From: Octopus sinensis
Lineage: Eukaryota
Reading direction: 5' to 3'
Assembly (NCBI RefSeq): GCF_006345805.1
Contig: NC_042997.1
Span: forward strand, 96,906,001-96,970,000
DNA length: 64,000 bases
Of this stretch, positions 37,609 to 51,749 are shown piece by piece. A program made the position numbers and the translations under genes. The notes beneath the pieces are model-generated. The model was not told where the DNA came from. It ran no database searches and saw only the letters and a list, made by a program, of their open reading frames with translations. Each line of letters opens with the position of its first letter. Position 1 is the first letter of the stretch.

Positions 37609-37897
37609 CATATATATCGGCGTTCATAAAATAGATTTTTATAGGTGACATTAAGAACATATATTACCCACATTCGACATAAGAGATGTATTACTCCAAG
37701 GCAAACAAAGCAAAATATACATTTAATAATTCAAATAATTTCATGAAATTATAACATGGGGTCCATTAGTCTTTAAAATAGTGGCAAACATATTTATGTA
37801 TACATGTGCGTGTGTATACACTCATATTCACACTCATATATATATACCTACATGCATAAATATATGCACGCACACCCACATACACACACACACACAC

Positions 37898-37942
<45 letters not shown>

Positions 37943-38796
37943 TATATAGGTATGTATATATATAGATATATGTACACACTCACATACATAAATGTGTGCG
38001 TGTGTGTGTCATTATTCAGCTTTATTTCAAGATTTCTTGCCAATAGAGAAAGAGCCGGTTTCTATGTATGTATGTATGTATGTATGTATATTTAAAAGAT
38101 GCGAAGTATATGGATTATAGTAATTAATTAAAAACCCTGAAACAGTGAATGCCGAACATTGCAAGCAATTAATCTATAGAAATTTGCCTCTTAGCTAGTA
38201 AACAAGAGAAAATTCCTCGCAGCAATTGTTGAGACACTCTAAAAGTTAAAAAAAAAAAAAAGAAACGAGATGATTATTAAAAATTAAGAATAAGTCTCCC
38301 AATTTAAAGGCAGTCTGATCATTCAGTCTACATATATGAGTATGTGCCTATGTATATATATAAATACTTGTACATCTGGGTGTGCGTGTGCCAAACCGCC
38401 GCTAAATACGCCGGCCCAGTTATCTGTAACCGACTCTTGACTGGCTGCGCAATAGGGAGACAAGATACAGTTCATTTATCTGCCTCTAATATGACTATAT
38501 TGGTTGTTTATGACCATATTCACAGACATCTCCTTAAAGGCGCGATCGAGTGGGGGGTGTACGTCTATATATGTGTTCATGGCAACATGTGTATACCTAT
38601 CCTTCTTCATTTTATGTTATAATTCGTATCCTTTGTCATGTTTTATTCTCAATCTTTTATTACATTACCTTATGCTAGGTATTCACTGTGAACTACAGCT
38701 AGATCCCTCTAACGGTGATAACCCCGGAATTGTTTCCATCCTCTGTCAGCACAGCCGACATCCCACGGGCCGCCACAACATGCCGAACGAAACTTA

Positions 38797-39195
38797 GTAG
38801 GCATGACTGTGTGGTAAGAAGCTTGCTTCCCAACCACAAGGTTCTGGGTTCAGTCCTACTGCGTGGCACCTGGGACAAGTATCTTCTACTATAGACTCGG
38901 GCCGACCAAAGACTTGTGAGTGGATTTGGTATGCGGAAACTGAAAGAAGCCCGTCGTGTATATATATAGATATAGATAGATAGAGAGAGAGAGTTGTTTG
39001 TTCCACTCCCCGCCACCATCCCTTGACAACTGAGGTTGGTGCATTTACGTCTCTCCGGCAAAAGAGACCGATAGAAAAAGTACTAGATTTACAAAGAATA
39101 AGTCCTGAGTTCGAATTGTTCAACTAAAAGCGGTGCTCCACCATAGCCGAGGTCAAAAGTTTGATACAAGTAAAAGAATAAAAGAATAAAAGAAT
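38797..39195 (+). mobile_element. SINE family A
   Basis: Head, CORE-like region and tail with aaaagaat repeats. Confidence 0.88.
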
Positions 39196-39211
39196 ATATA
39201 ACGAAGTATCG

Positions 39212-39335
39212 TATTTAAACGAGGACACCTGACGAGACGCAGCCTACATTGATGGATGCAACACAACCAGCTGTGCAATACCCCACCCGTAAGGAACAGA
39301 GGCAGGATGTGTCGAAACGATCCTTGTATTGAATA
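39212..39335 (+). ncRNA. Hammerhead-like relic with 78 nt stem II, defective cleavage arm
   Basis: CTGACGA-GACGCA-GCCT...AGGC-AGGA-TGTGTC-GAAAC; outer stem TATTTAAACGAGG/CCTTGTATTGAATA, but the partner of ACAC and a proper stem III are missing. Confidence 0.5.
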
Positions 39336-41487
39336 AAGATTCCCTCATTCATTATAAATTCAACGAACACTACAGAATTCCTGACGGAGATCCAGTGGGT
39401 TTTTTTTGTTTTGTTTTTTGTAGAAGAAAGCCTTATACTTATTCTAACGGCCAGTTTTGCTAAGTACTAATTACAGGGAAGGAAACACACAACATCGGTT
39501 GTCCAACAATAGTGGGCGAGGTGCAAACACAGACATAAAGGCACATTCACATAAATACATACATATATATACATATATATATACATACATACATACATAC
39601 ACATATATATATACAAAATTTAGAGGATTGACCACTAAAAGTGGACTGCCTGTATGCTGGATATAGACGTCAAAATCGCCATTTTCCACGGAGAAGATAC
39701 ACATAAATATAATTGTGGAACTTTATACAATGCTGAATTTCGGTCGTGCGCCCTGTATCTAGTTCTAGAAATTGTGTTTCGTAAACGACAGACTATGCTG
39801 ATGATCTTGTAGATGTTTATGTATTCATATACGTAAATTATTAACAAGTGAAACTAATTAATACACAGGTAATCGCTTTTTTTATTTCGTATATTTTCTT
39901 GATTGCAGAGGATATTTTTTCTCTTATAAAGTAATTTAGCATTCTGTACTAGGAAGAATGTTTATATAAGAATATAAAAATTAGAACAATATATATATGT
40001 GTGTGTGTGTGCATGTATGTGTGCATGTGCACATGTATGTCTGTGTATATATGTTTATATCTTTATGTATGTATAGGTGTCTGTATCTGTGTATAGTTGT
40101 ATGTGTGTATATATATGTGTCTGCGTGTGTCTGTGTGTGTGCATTTAATTTGTACACACGTGTTACATAATGAATAAATGAAGTGAAGAATGTACCAATA
40201 AATCTCCCATAATTTATAATGTGATAGTATTACTTAATGTAATTGCATTGAGGCCAATTTATTCATTATTATAATATTTTTAATCTAACTAAATCTTCAT
40301 TGTTTTAGGCAAGATACATCTTTGCTTTTATACTGAATAGTTTGTAAATTTCTTGTATTGTAATTAAAGGTTTGTCATTTTGAATAGAATATTAATGTGG
40401 ATTTCTTTATATTTCGTATTAAGTACTAATGTTTCCAAATCTCTCAGAGCGATTTATACAGTAGCGGCAAGATAAAGTGATGGTATATTGTCAACTTAAT
40501 GTGACAGTCCCATGAAAGGGAAAAATGCTACTGCTATTTAGTCCTAAGAAACACCGTTTCCTGTTGGCAATGACACAATTTCTGTGTCGTTATTTGTATT
40601 GACTGTAAAATATATCATTATATTCGTAGTTAAATTTTAATAAGAAATTTCAAGTACACTACCTTCGTTATACTAAATAATTATACATTTATAAATGTAT
40701 ACATCGAATTTATTAGTTAATGGTAATAATAATAATAATAATAGATGAATAATTTCAAATGATGCTATATTGGGATCAAAAACTTGTATATTCCATGTAC
40801 GTAATTCCATCTATTTTTCTGTAGGTACTTAATTTATGTATATTTAAGCTCTGATTTGCAGAGATATTTCTTCTTCTAATAAACTAAGTAATTTAGTAAT
40901 TTGTACTAGGAATAATGGTTATATAAATACAAATAAATAAAATAACAATTATTATATATAATTATATCTTTTTAAATAATCGTACATATATGTACCCTTT
41001 ATGGTACCTATTTTGTTATTTTATAATATGGTGTACATTCGAGTTTGTATACATAAAATAAATGATAGCATAATATAACTATTGCCGTACTCTAGTTTTG
41101 TTCCTTCTGAAAATCTTAGTAAAATTATGATATATTCTTTATTTATAGGTTGTTTTTCTCATTATCTAAGAAATAATATAGTTTACAATTATTGTAACTC
41201 TATGTTTTTGTTTATTTTATTTACGAGGGATTTTCCTCTGATAAACTACGTAAATTGGGACTTTATACTTGTTAGATACTTAGAATAATGTTTATATCAG
41301 TAACAAATAATGACAGTATATATTTTATTATTCATCCGTATTTGAATATTCTTGTAGCACATATAAATATGTAGTCGATACACTAACAATAAGTTCTTTG
41401 AACGTGTAAAGGCATATAAATCTATAGAATAAAAATATTGCATTAATATAAATTATTTCCATCTCTAAAACTAAGTAAAACTCTTAT

Positions 41488-41571
<84 letters not shown>

Positions 41572-41618
41572 GCAAGATTTTTTATGTGAAATCGTGTGTT
41601 GAAATCCAACAAGATATA

Positions 41619-41659
<41 letters not shown>

Positions 41660-41678
41660 TTTATATATATTGTTATTA

Positions 41679-41749
<71 letters not shown>

Positions 41750-42075
41750 TTTTTTTAATTTCTTTTTATTTGTTATGTTATGTTATATCATATTTTTATA
41801 ATATACTAAATTATATTCTAACGTAAATAAATTGTTAGTTTGTCAATTGTATTTCTCTATTTCCTTTAATATTTGTATTTTGTATTTTATACACCGTTTT
41901 CTGTGGTATTCAACTGCTGTACCAATGAATTGGATGTTTTACATCCCTTTGAAGGAATTGTTTTTTCTTCGTTTGCTTTATATATACATATATATATATA
42001 ATTATATATATATATATATACATTTAAATATTTATTGTGCAAGATTTTTTATGTGAAGTCGTGTGTTGAAACAGA

Positions 42076-42519
42076 TATTGTTATATTTCGGAATGGTCAT
42101 ATTGCCAGTTTAGCCAATAAAAACACACACACAATATATTTGGTGTTATTTTGCTTCAGTGTTATTTATTTTTTACATTAATCTTAATCTTATTTCGGCC
42201 AGAGTTCTTTCGTCACACTCCTGTGACCGCATCAGTATTTGCAATTTGGCAGTCCTTTACATGGAATTTCGTCTGTCTTTTTGAACGAAGGCCCAGAATA
42301 GGCTTGTATACATAGATAGGAATTTCTTATAAATCAACTAATATAAGTCGGAACAAATTGTTGGCTTGAATTTGTTTTTAATTTGTTATGTTATGTTATA
42401 TCATATATTAAGATTAATGTAAAAAATAAATAACACTGAAGCAAAATAACACCAAATATATAGTGCGTGTGTTTTTATTGGCTAAACTGGCAATATGACC
42501 ATTCCGAAATATAACAATA
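42076..42519. repeat. Inverted repeat (~110 bp arms 42076-42186 / 42408-42519) of a dispersed family also at ~41570, 53330-53430 and 57700-57960
   Basis: atattgttatatttcggaatggtcatattgcc...cattaatctta and its reverse complement. Confidence 0.85.
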
Positions 42520-42609
42520 TATATATATACATACATACATATTATTGTTCTTTCTTACGAAACATATGGAACTGCTTAAGAAGCGCTCGGGTCGACCCGA
42601 GACTCAAGG

Positions 42610-42725
42610 TAAGAACTCAAATTAGGCTATCATACTCATAGTTATAAATTTGCCTTAAAATGCGTATACATATATTAATACATATCGACATATGAATATT
42701 TTCTAACATATTTATAAAATAATAA

Positions 42726-42762
<37 letters not shown>

Positions 42763-43090
42763 ATATATAATATATAATAAAACGACCATGTAAATAAAAC
42801 CCATTTAGTATACGTATGGAAGGAAGTGTGAAAGAACTGATGAAAAAAATTGTACTAAAATTAAGAGCGTTTAAGAGTTTCAATTAAAAGATCCCAAATT
42901 TTATCACTTCTCTTTTTCTCATCTTTCCATACGTATCCCACATGAGTTTTTTTATATGTATATTTATATATATATATTTGTATTTTATAAATATTTTAAA
43001 AAATATTCATGTGTCGATATGTATTACTATATGTATACGTATTGTAAGTCGAATTTATGAGTATGATTGCCTAATTTGAGTTTTTGCCTT
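42610..43090. repeat. Diverged inverted repeat (42610-42730 / 42975-43090)
   Basis: caaattaggctatcatactcata...catatcgacatatgaatattt vs aaatattcatgtgtcgatatg...tatgagtatgattgcctaatttg. Confidence 0.7.
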
Positions 43091-44010
43091 AATTCTTATA
43101 CACATATGAATATGTACGTATATATATATATATATACATATACACACACACATATATATTATGGGGGTGTATGGGTGTATGTGTGTATCTTTTATAAATG
43201 ATTTGGTGCCATTAGCAACTGCTATCCATCTTTTAATTCATTTTCACTCTCTCTCTCTCTCTCTCTAGACAGAAAGAAAGACAGAGAGAGGAGGGAGGGA
43301 AATTCAGACCGTCAAAGAGACACACTAGATATATATATTATATATATATATATATATATAGATTATATATATATATATATATACAACATAAATATATACA
43401 AATACATACATAATACTACATACATACATACATACATACATACATACATACATGCATACATACATATATGCATACATACAGATAGACAGACAGATATATT
43501 AATCTTCGGATATTTTATCTTACAAAATAGCTATTTATTTCGGCTAACGATTCTTCGTATTATAGCAAAAACAGAGGGTATTGAAGATAAGTGAAACTTA
43601 ATAACAGAGAAATGAAAACAAATCAAGATTTTCAAAATACATAAAGGAAGGAAAAGAGAAAAGAATTTATAGATTATTAAGTCATTTGTGTAAGAGTAGA
43701 AAATAAAATTACATCTTTATTTTTTATTCATTCAAGAAAATCGATGTTTTCCCATTAAATTTAAAATAGCTTAATCAAAGCGACAAAGAATGGATTTAGA
43801 CAAGATTAAAGTCTGACAAAATAATGCTACTATGGCTAAAGCTGAAACTATGAAAATTAATGTAAGAAGAGCCTCAAATATGCAACAAAATATGCACACA
43901 CTCAGAAAGGCACACGTGCCGACACACTTTGCAACGTTTACAGAATGAAACTTCAGACATTGTATATATGCAGGTAAGTGTAAGAAAGCACAAGTATAGA
44001 TAGATAGATG

Positions 44011-44073
<63 letters not shown>

Positions 44074-44172
44074 TGATTGATTGATTGATAGATGAATACG
44101 TACATAAAGGCATACATATATACGTTCACACATAGATGCACATCTCTAAGTGCTTTGTGTTTGTGTGTGTGT

Positions 44173-44215
<43 letters not shown>

Positions 44216-44219
44216 TTGT

Positions 44220-44400
44220 GTGTCTGTATCCTTTACTTCTCAACCTGCTTTAGTCGTTATACTGCGGCTATGCTGGAGCACCACATTGAAAGAGTGGATC
44301 GACGCCGGTATTCGTTTACCCAAGCCTGGCACTTATTTTAGTGATGTTATGGAGAAGTAAACACACCAACACCGCTTGTCAAGAGGTATTGGAAGCAAAC
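44220..44400 (-). mobile_element. SINE family A 3' fragment, decayed
   Basis: gcggctatgctggagcacc...cacaccaacaccgcttgtcaag. Confidence 0.7.
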
Positions 44401-44522
44401 ACAGACACAAAAACACAAACACATACACATATTTATACATACATATATATATGTAATATATATATATTATACATATATATATATGTGCATATATATAATG
44501 TACATATATATCTATATATATA

Positions 44523-44561
<39 letters not shown>

Positions 44562-44607
44562 TATACATATATACATATATATATACACACATATATATAC
44601 ATACATA

Positions 44608-45488
44608 CTGGGTCTGATCAATAAGTATCCGAACTGTTACCATAGTAACGAAGCTAAACACGCAGAGTAAAGCGCTTAGCACAGATCGACCGTTAACTCT
44701 GCTGTGCACGTGCATTAAACTTTAACGTTCTAGCTTACTCCCTTTGCTTACAGCAGTGCCTGGAAGGAAGTTGTGTAGCATGTGATCGTTGTATTGATCA
44801 TGACAGAGAAAGTTGTCATGACGATACCTGCATAGTGGCTTGCGCAATGTTGCAGAAAGTCTATGGAGAGAAGTGTATGAGCTGCACAAAAGTGTAGGAG
44901 TGTTTCAAACGTTTCCAAGATGGCCGAAAAAATGTCGATATTGACGAACGTTCTGGAAGACCCGCAATCAGCAGAACTGAGAAAAACATCGCAGAACTGC
45001 ATGCTGCAGTGAGGAAAAAATCATCGATTTACCATCCGTGAGTTATCAGAAGATATACAAATTAGTTACGGTTCGCTTCAGTCCATTATCACTGAAGATT
45101 TCAGTATGAGACGCGTTTCGGCCAAGTTTGTGCTAAAACTGCTTTTAGCTGACCAAAAAGACACTCGGGTTTCAGTTGCACTAGATCTCACTGATTGTGT
45201 CGAAAATGATAAAAAACCTTTTTGAAAACTTTGCGTAGGTCTCTGAACAGGTATCGCCAAGCTTATGGCAACATTTGATTGAGATTCTCTTTTCAACATT
45301 CTTTGTCATGGTCAATGCGACGTACACACACTACACACGTTACTTCCAAGCACTGCTGTAATCAGCGGAAGTAAGCTAGAGATTCAGTGTACAGGAACAT
45401 CATAGATCAATCTCAATCTGTGCTAAGCGGCTGTACTCTCCGCACTTTAGCTTCGTTAACAGTCCGGATACATATTCATTAAACCATG
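44608..45488 (+). mobile_element. Internally deleted mariner transposon with ~30 bp TIRs and TA flanks
   Basis: TIR ctgggtctgatcaataagtatccgaactgt / acagtccggatacatattcattaaaccatg; FKRFQDGRKNVDIDERSGRP...RRVSAKFVLKLL. Confidence 0.9.
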
Positions 45489-45569
<81 letters not shown>

Positions 45570-45592
45570 CATACATACATATATATACACAC

Positions 45593-45625
<33 letters not shown>

Positions 45626-45725
45626 TATGCATACACACATATATATAATATATATACATATATATATACATATAAACATATATATACATATATACATACA
45701 TGCATATATATATACATACACACAG

Positions 45726-45829
<104 letters not shown>

Positions 45830-45844
45830 AATTTCATTAAATAT

Positions 45845-46870
45845 TTTATCAGTGGCCGGCATATGAAAAATATATTTTAAGGTGAAAATTATAAATACAA
45901 TTATAAATAAGAGTGAAATGAAAAAGTTTCTTTGCCAATATGCTAAAAAAAATTGACGCTAAATCATCTTACAACATAAACTATTTTAACTTATACTATT
46001 ACACTACGTGCCGAAACGAGGAAACCAAGCTAACCGAAATTCAGAAAAATATAGTTATCTCCGAATCGGTTCTTGATCAATCCAAAAAGATTCTTCCTTC
46101 ATCAGCGAGGAACACAAAACGAAAATAAATGATATACTTAGACATAACCACGGAAAAGCAGATGCAAAGTCATGAATACATTTAAGTATCCCAAATATAT
46201 CCAAATAGAAATTCCGTAGCAAGCCTCGCCACAAGTGCAGTTGGTCAGGAAACGAACACAAGTGGTTAACCGAAGTGAATGAGAATTTAATTACTTCTAA
46301 TATAAGTATAAAATTTTATTAGATGTATATATTTTACGTGGCTAGACGATTTAACGTCTAATTTTCAGCATTCTGACAAAGAAATGTTTTTCTTTTCGTC
46401 CTTATTTATAATTGTATTTATAATTTTCACCCTAAAATGTATTTTTCATATGCTAGCCACTGATACTTTTTTTTCATAAAATGTTATCCTTATATTAGAA
46501 GTAAATAAATTCTCATTCACTTCGGTTAACCACTTGTGTGTGTTTCCTGACCAACTACACTTGTTTGGAGGCTTGCAACGGAATTTCTATTTGGATAGTA
46601 TTTCATTTAGTCTTTCATTTAGTCTAAGTATTTCATTTATTTTCATTTTTTCCTCGTCGCTGATGAAGGAAGAATCATTTTTAGATTAATCCAGAAATCG
46701 GAACCGATTCGGAGATAACTATATTTTTATGAATTTCTGTTAGCTTGCTTTCGTCGTTTCGACATGTAGTGTAATAATATAAGTGAAAATATTTTATGCG
46801 CTTAAACGATTTAGCGTCTATTTTTCAGCATATTACCAAAGAAAAGATTTTCTTTTCGCCCTTATTTATA
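45845..46870. repeat. Complex inverted duplication carrying two degenerate hammerhead cores (46059-46110 minus, 46652-46714 plus)
   Basis: 45880-46310 is mirrored by 46485-46870 and 45845-45990 by 46330-46480; both long arms contain CTGATGAAGGAAGAATC...GATT. Confidence 0.8.
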
Positions 46871-46874
46871 ATTG

Positions 46875-46913
<39 letters not shown>

Positions 46914-46917
46914 ATAT

Positions 46918-46966
<49 letters not shown>

Positions 46967-47443
46967 TATATATATATATATATATATGTTATATATATGT
47001 GTATATATATCTTTATATATGTATGTATATATGTGTGTGTGTATATATATATATACATATATATATATATGTGTGTGTGTGTATATATACATATATAATA
47101 TATATACATATATATATATATGTATGTATATATATGTGTATATATATAACACACATATATATATATACATATATATAGATATATATATACACACACATAT
47201 ATATATATATACACATATATATATATACATATATATATATGTGTATATATATATATATGTGTGTGTATATATATATGTGTATATATATATGTGTTATATA
47301 TATATGTGTATATATATATGTGTGTTATATATATCTATATATATATATGTTGTGTGTGTGTATATATATCTATATATGTATATATATATATCTAATATAT
47401 ATATATGTGTGGTGTGTGTAATATATATATATATGTATGTATA

Positions 47444-47483
<40 letters not shown>

Positions 47484-47492
<9 letters not shown>

Positions 47493-48687
47493 TAAAACAA
47501 ACATCCCCTTCAACCTTGCAAGAAGGATATGCACAATAGTGTCAGAACAAAATACCAGGAACTTTAGACTGCAAGAACTCAAAACACCCTAATTGACAGA
47601 CATTACCCAGCTCAACTCATAGAGGATGGGATCAGGCGTGCAACAGAAATCAACATAGAAACTTTAAGAAAAGTTCAACACAACAACACACCTTCCCCGA
47701 AAATACTACCTTACATTTCTACATACAACCCCAGAAACAAAGAAGCCTTCACCATCATCACCCAGAATTTACCAATACTTCATAAAGACCCCAAATTAAA
47801 GGAAATTCTAAACATACACCAAATCATTAAAAGCTACAAACAGCCTAAATCACTTAAAAAGATTCTCACAAAGGCAAAATTGTCTTCTGAAATTACGGAT
47901 GCAAAAGTAAAAAAATGTGGTAGATCGAACTGTGCAACATGTCCTAACCTGCTAGAAGGATCAGAATTCCTCTTTAAAGAGGGACAGAAATTCAAGATCA
48001 ATCTAACTTTACTTGTGCCTCTGAAAACATAATTTATGTCATAAAATGCTCGGGCTGCCACCAAGACTACGTGGGTTCCACGGGACTATCACTCAGACGT
48101 AGATGCACACTGCATCGACAACAGATTGCATTCCCAGAATATAGAATGATACCTTTTAGTGAGCACATTGAGAAATGCGCAAAGCAACTACTACCACAAT
48201 TTTTAATCTTTCCATGTTACCAATGTGCTTTCGGATCATCAACACAAATTAGACTAAACAAGGAAACATTCTTCATTGAAAAGTACAAGCCCAGACTCAA
48301 CCATCCGAACATACTGATACAGAGAAATTCACACCAAGGGAAAGGAAAAAATTTTTAAGCGATTATCTCCCTTACACCGGAAGAAATCACTCACTACCTC
48401 CCCTTATTTTAGAACTCTCCTGAACATAAACATAACGATAACTCTATTCAACATAAACATAACGTCGCAAGAAATTTGAAAAGCTACACGCGAAACCGGT
48501 CTTTCTTTTAAATTATGTCATTATAAGAGGAAAAAAAAAATGTTTTTTTTAATTTTCTAATATTCTTCAGACATATTGACGCAAATATATATATTTTTTA
48601 ACATTTAAGCCTTCTGTAGTTTTTTCACTCTTTACTACTTTCTATATATTCACCCACGTGCTTTCACAAACCAACTTTCTTATCTAT

Positions 48688-48690
<3 letters not shown>
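47484..48690 (+). mobile_element. Penelope-like element 3' part (thumb, Cys-rich linker, GIY-YIG endonuclease, 3' repeat)
   Basis: TKTNIPFNLARRICTIV; KCGRSNCATC; NIIYVIKCSGCHQDYVGSTG; KETFFIEKYKPRLN, stop 48358. Degenerate minimal hammerhead AAGAAA-TTTGAAAA-GC-TACAC-GC-GAAACCGGTC-TTTCTT at 48469-48507. Confidence 0.92.
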
Positions 48691-48733
<43 letters not shown>

Positions 48734-48952
48734 AGCAGCCAAACTTTGGCTACTCTTTCTAGTGAGTCGGATGTCCTTTTATGGCCGTCCCTTATATGTT
48801 TGAATGTATATCATATAGTCTATTGACTATTTTTCCTTTCTCACTTGACCGCTGGTAGCGGAGAATTTTTCTAGAATTTTTTGCTACACTAAAATTTACT
48901 AATTATATATATATATATATATGCACACACACACGCAAACACACACACACAG

Positions 48953-48983
<31 letters not shown>

Positions 48984-49378
48984 AATGATGGGCTTATTAG
49001 GGCTTCCGTCTACCAATTAGACTGGGTTGAAAGAAAGATATGTTGTAGGTACTTATTTATGAGACATTGACCTCGTCACATGTCGGTAACAAATTCACTT
49101 CTATTTCTACTGAACTCGTTACACTGCTTGATTTACTCAATTCTATACTTGTCACTGCATTCCATTTCAGTAAGACTACGCTTTCTACACTACTCCTTTC
49201 AATCGACCGCGTACTTTAATTTAAATGGCCTCATTCAGGTCACAGAATTCATTGAAAAATTTTGCTCTGCTCAGTGCATTTGCACGTCTTTTGTAGCAAC
49301 CGTACATACTGAACCTAAAGTAATCCTCCACCTTGTGTATGTGCGTGTATATATATATATATATATAATATATATATA

Positions 49379-49418
<40 letters not shown>

Positions 49419-49450
49419 GGGGGAGTGTATGTAAACATATATATACATAT

Positions 49451-49666
49451 AGGTGCAAACGTGGTTGTGTGATAAGAAGCTTGTCTCCTAGCCACATGGT
49501 TCCGGATTCATTCCCACTGTGTAGCATTTTGGACTTGTCTCTTCTACTATAGCCTCGGGCCGACCGAAACCCTTTTGAGTGGATTTGGTAGATGGAAACT
49601 GAAAGAACGTCCTATGTGTGTACGTGTGTGTGTGTGTGTTTAAGTGTGTGTGTGTGTCTGTGTGTT

Positions 49667-49721
<55 letters not shown>

Positions 49722-49975
49722 GTTTGTGTGTGGGTGTGTGCGTTTATTTTTGTGAGGGTATATTTCTGTCTGTGTTTCTCCCCCTATATTTTTTGACAGC
49801 CGATGCTGATGTGTTTACGTCCCCGTAAATTAACGGTTCAGCATAAGAGACCGATAGAATAATTACTAGGCTTACAAAGAATAAGTCCTATGGTCGAGTT
49901 CTTCGACTAAAAAGAACTATTTAACGTAGTGCTCCAGCATGGCCGGAGTCAAATAACTGAAACAAGTAAAAGAAC
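49451..49975 (+). mobile_element. SINE family A
   Basis: Full-length with long central (TG)n. Confidence 0.88.
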
Positions 49976-50079
49976 ATATATATATATATGGGTATGTTTG
50001 TATAAATATATATACATACATAACTATATAGAAACATATGCATATTTATGAACACACATATGCATACGTACATACAGAC

Positions 50080-50163
<84 letters not shown>

Positions 50164-50208
50164 TAGCGATGCATATTTTCTATTATTATCGTTATTCTGT
50201 TGTTGTGG

Positions 50209-50241
<33 letters not shown>

Positions 50242-50939
50242 TAAAGATAATCATCATCAAACTTATTGAAATAGAGTAGAAAGGATTTTAATCCCGGGAA
50301 AAAAATATGAAAAAGCTTACTCTAATAATTGCAACCAATCCTCTTGTCAACTTTCGTTATACCTAGAAATCATTTGACTCAATAAACAAAGAATTTCCAG
50401 GCTCTAGAGATTTGGATACTTAACAATTTCTATATAAAATATTATGTGAGTAAATGTTCCTAAGGCTAAATTTATTTTCAGTCTAAAAATATATAAAAAC
50501 TATCAAATACAAGAATTCACTTTCTATGTTATGTTAGATAGCAGATAGCAGACTCTGGTTCCAAAGGAATTTTAGGGATCCATTAAACGATAATAGTGGA
50601 CATATAAAAATTCGGTATAATTTGTGGAAATAAGAATTAAAATGTACGGAAATGTAAAAACTTAAGACGTGTGTATAAAATGAAGAAATTCAGAATTAAG
50701 ATTTTATGCATAAAAAGAAATGAATTTTTCGTAAACCGGAAAGTTCGTAATGTGTAATCTTGAAGTAAAACTGCTCCTTCTATATAGAGCTGATGAATAA
50801 ATTGAAATGAAAGAGAGGTTGATGACCTCAAGCTGACATTTACTCGAAAATTTAATCCATTATGCAGTGGTCATGAAAGAATATTACTTTAGGAGTGGAA
50901 TTATATGCATGTGTTCAATATTAATGAACGTACTAAAGC

Positions 50940-51075
50940 AGTGAGCTGGCAGAATCGTTAGCACGCCGAGCAAAGTGCTTTCAGGCATTTTGTCCGAATT
51001 TTACGCATTGAGTTCAAATTCCGCAGAGGTCGACTTTTCTTTTCATCCGAAATTGCTGGCCTTGTACCAAAATTT
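50940..51075 (+). mobile_element. SINE family B, internally deleted
   Basis: gtgagctggcagaatcgttagcacg...gagttcaaattccgcagaggtcgac. Confidence 0.8.
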
Positions 51076-51210
51076 AAAATTAATATTAGTGAGTGCTCGA
51101 AGTTCATAATGGTGATACATATTATAGGGAAGCTCTCTTTCTTACTCTCTCTCGCACACACACTCATGTATGTATATATATGTACGTATATATATATATA
51201 TATATATATA

Positions 51211-51610
51211 CTCTTACTCTTTTACTTGTTTCAGTCATTTGACTGCGGCCATGCTGGAGCACCGCCTTTAGTCGAGCAAATCGACCCCGGGACTTATTCT
51301 TTGTAAGTCCAGTACTTATTCTATCAGTCTCTTTTGCCGAACCGCTAAGTGACGGGGACGTAAACACACCAGCATCGGTTGTCAAGCAATGCTAGGGGGA
51401 CAAACACAGACACACAAACATATACACACACACTTATACATATATACGACAGGCTTCTTTCAGTTTCCGTCTACCAAATCCACTTACAAAGCATTGGTCG
51501 GCCCGGGGCTATAGCAGAAGACACTTGCCCAAGATGCCACGTAGTGGGACTGAACCCGGAACCATGTGGTTGGTTAGCAAGCTACTTACCACACAGCCAC
51601 TCCTGCGCCT
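51211..51610 (-). mobile_element. SINE family A, well conserved
   Basis: Reverse complement of the full head, CORE-like region and tail. Confidence 0.92.
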
Positions 51611-51749
51611 ATGAGTATAAAATCTATATAAGATTTTATCAAGTAGCCAACGTGCAAAATTAATTACGGAAAAGATTGATACAAAGTATATCTTTTTTTC
51701 CTTTATATATAAAATACAATATTATATCAAGGGTTATTAATTTAAGGAC

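Noticed and set aside
42190-42240. CTGATGC-GGTCAC..GTGAC-GAAA hammerhead-like motif (minus)
   Set aside because: A9 is substituted and no valid stem I/III could be drawn.
43771-44133. Hydrophobic minus-strand ORF as an alternative membrane-anchor exon of DPEP; also a plus-strand CAG|GTAAGT donor at ~43974
   Set aside because: No credible acceptor in the required phase; the N-terminal part is microsatellite; the plus-strand candidate exon has stops in all frames.
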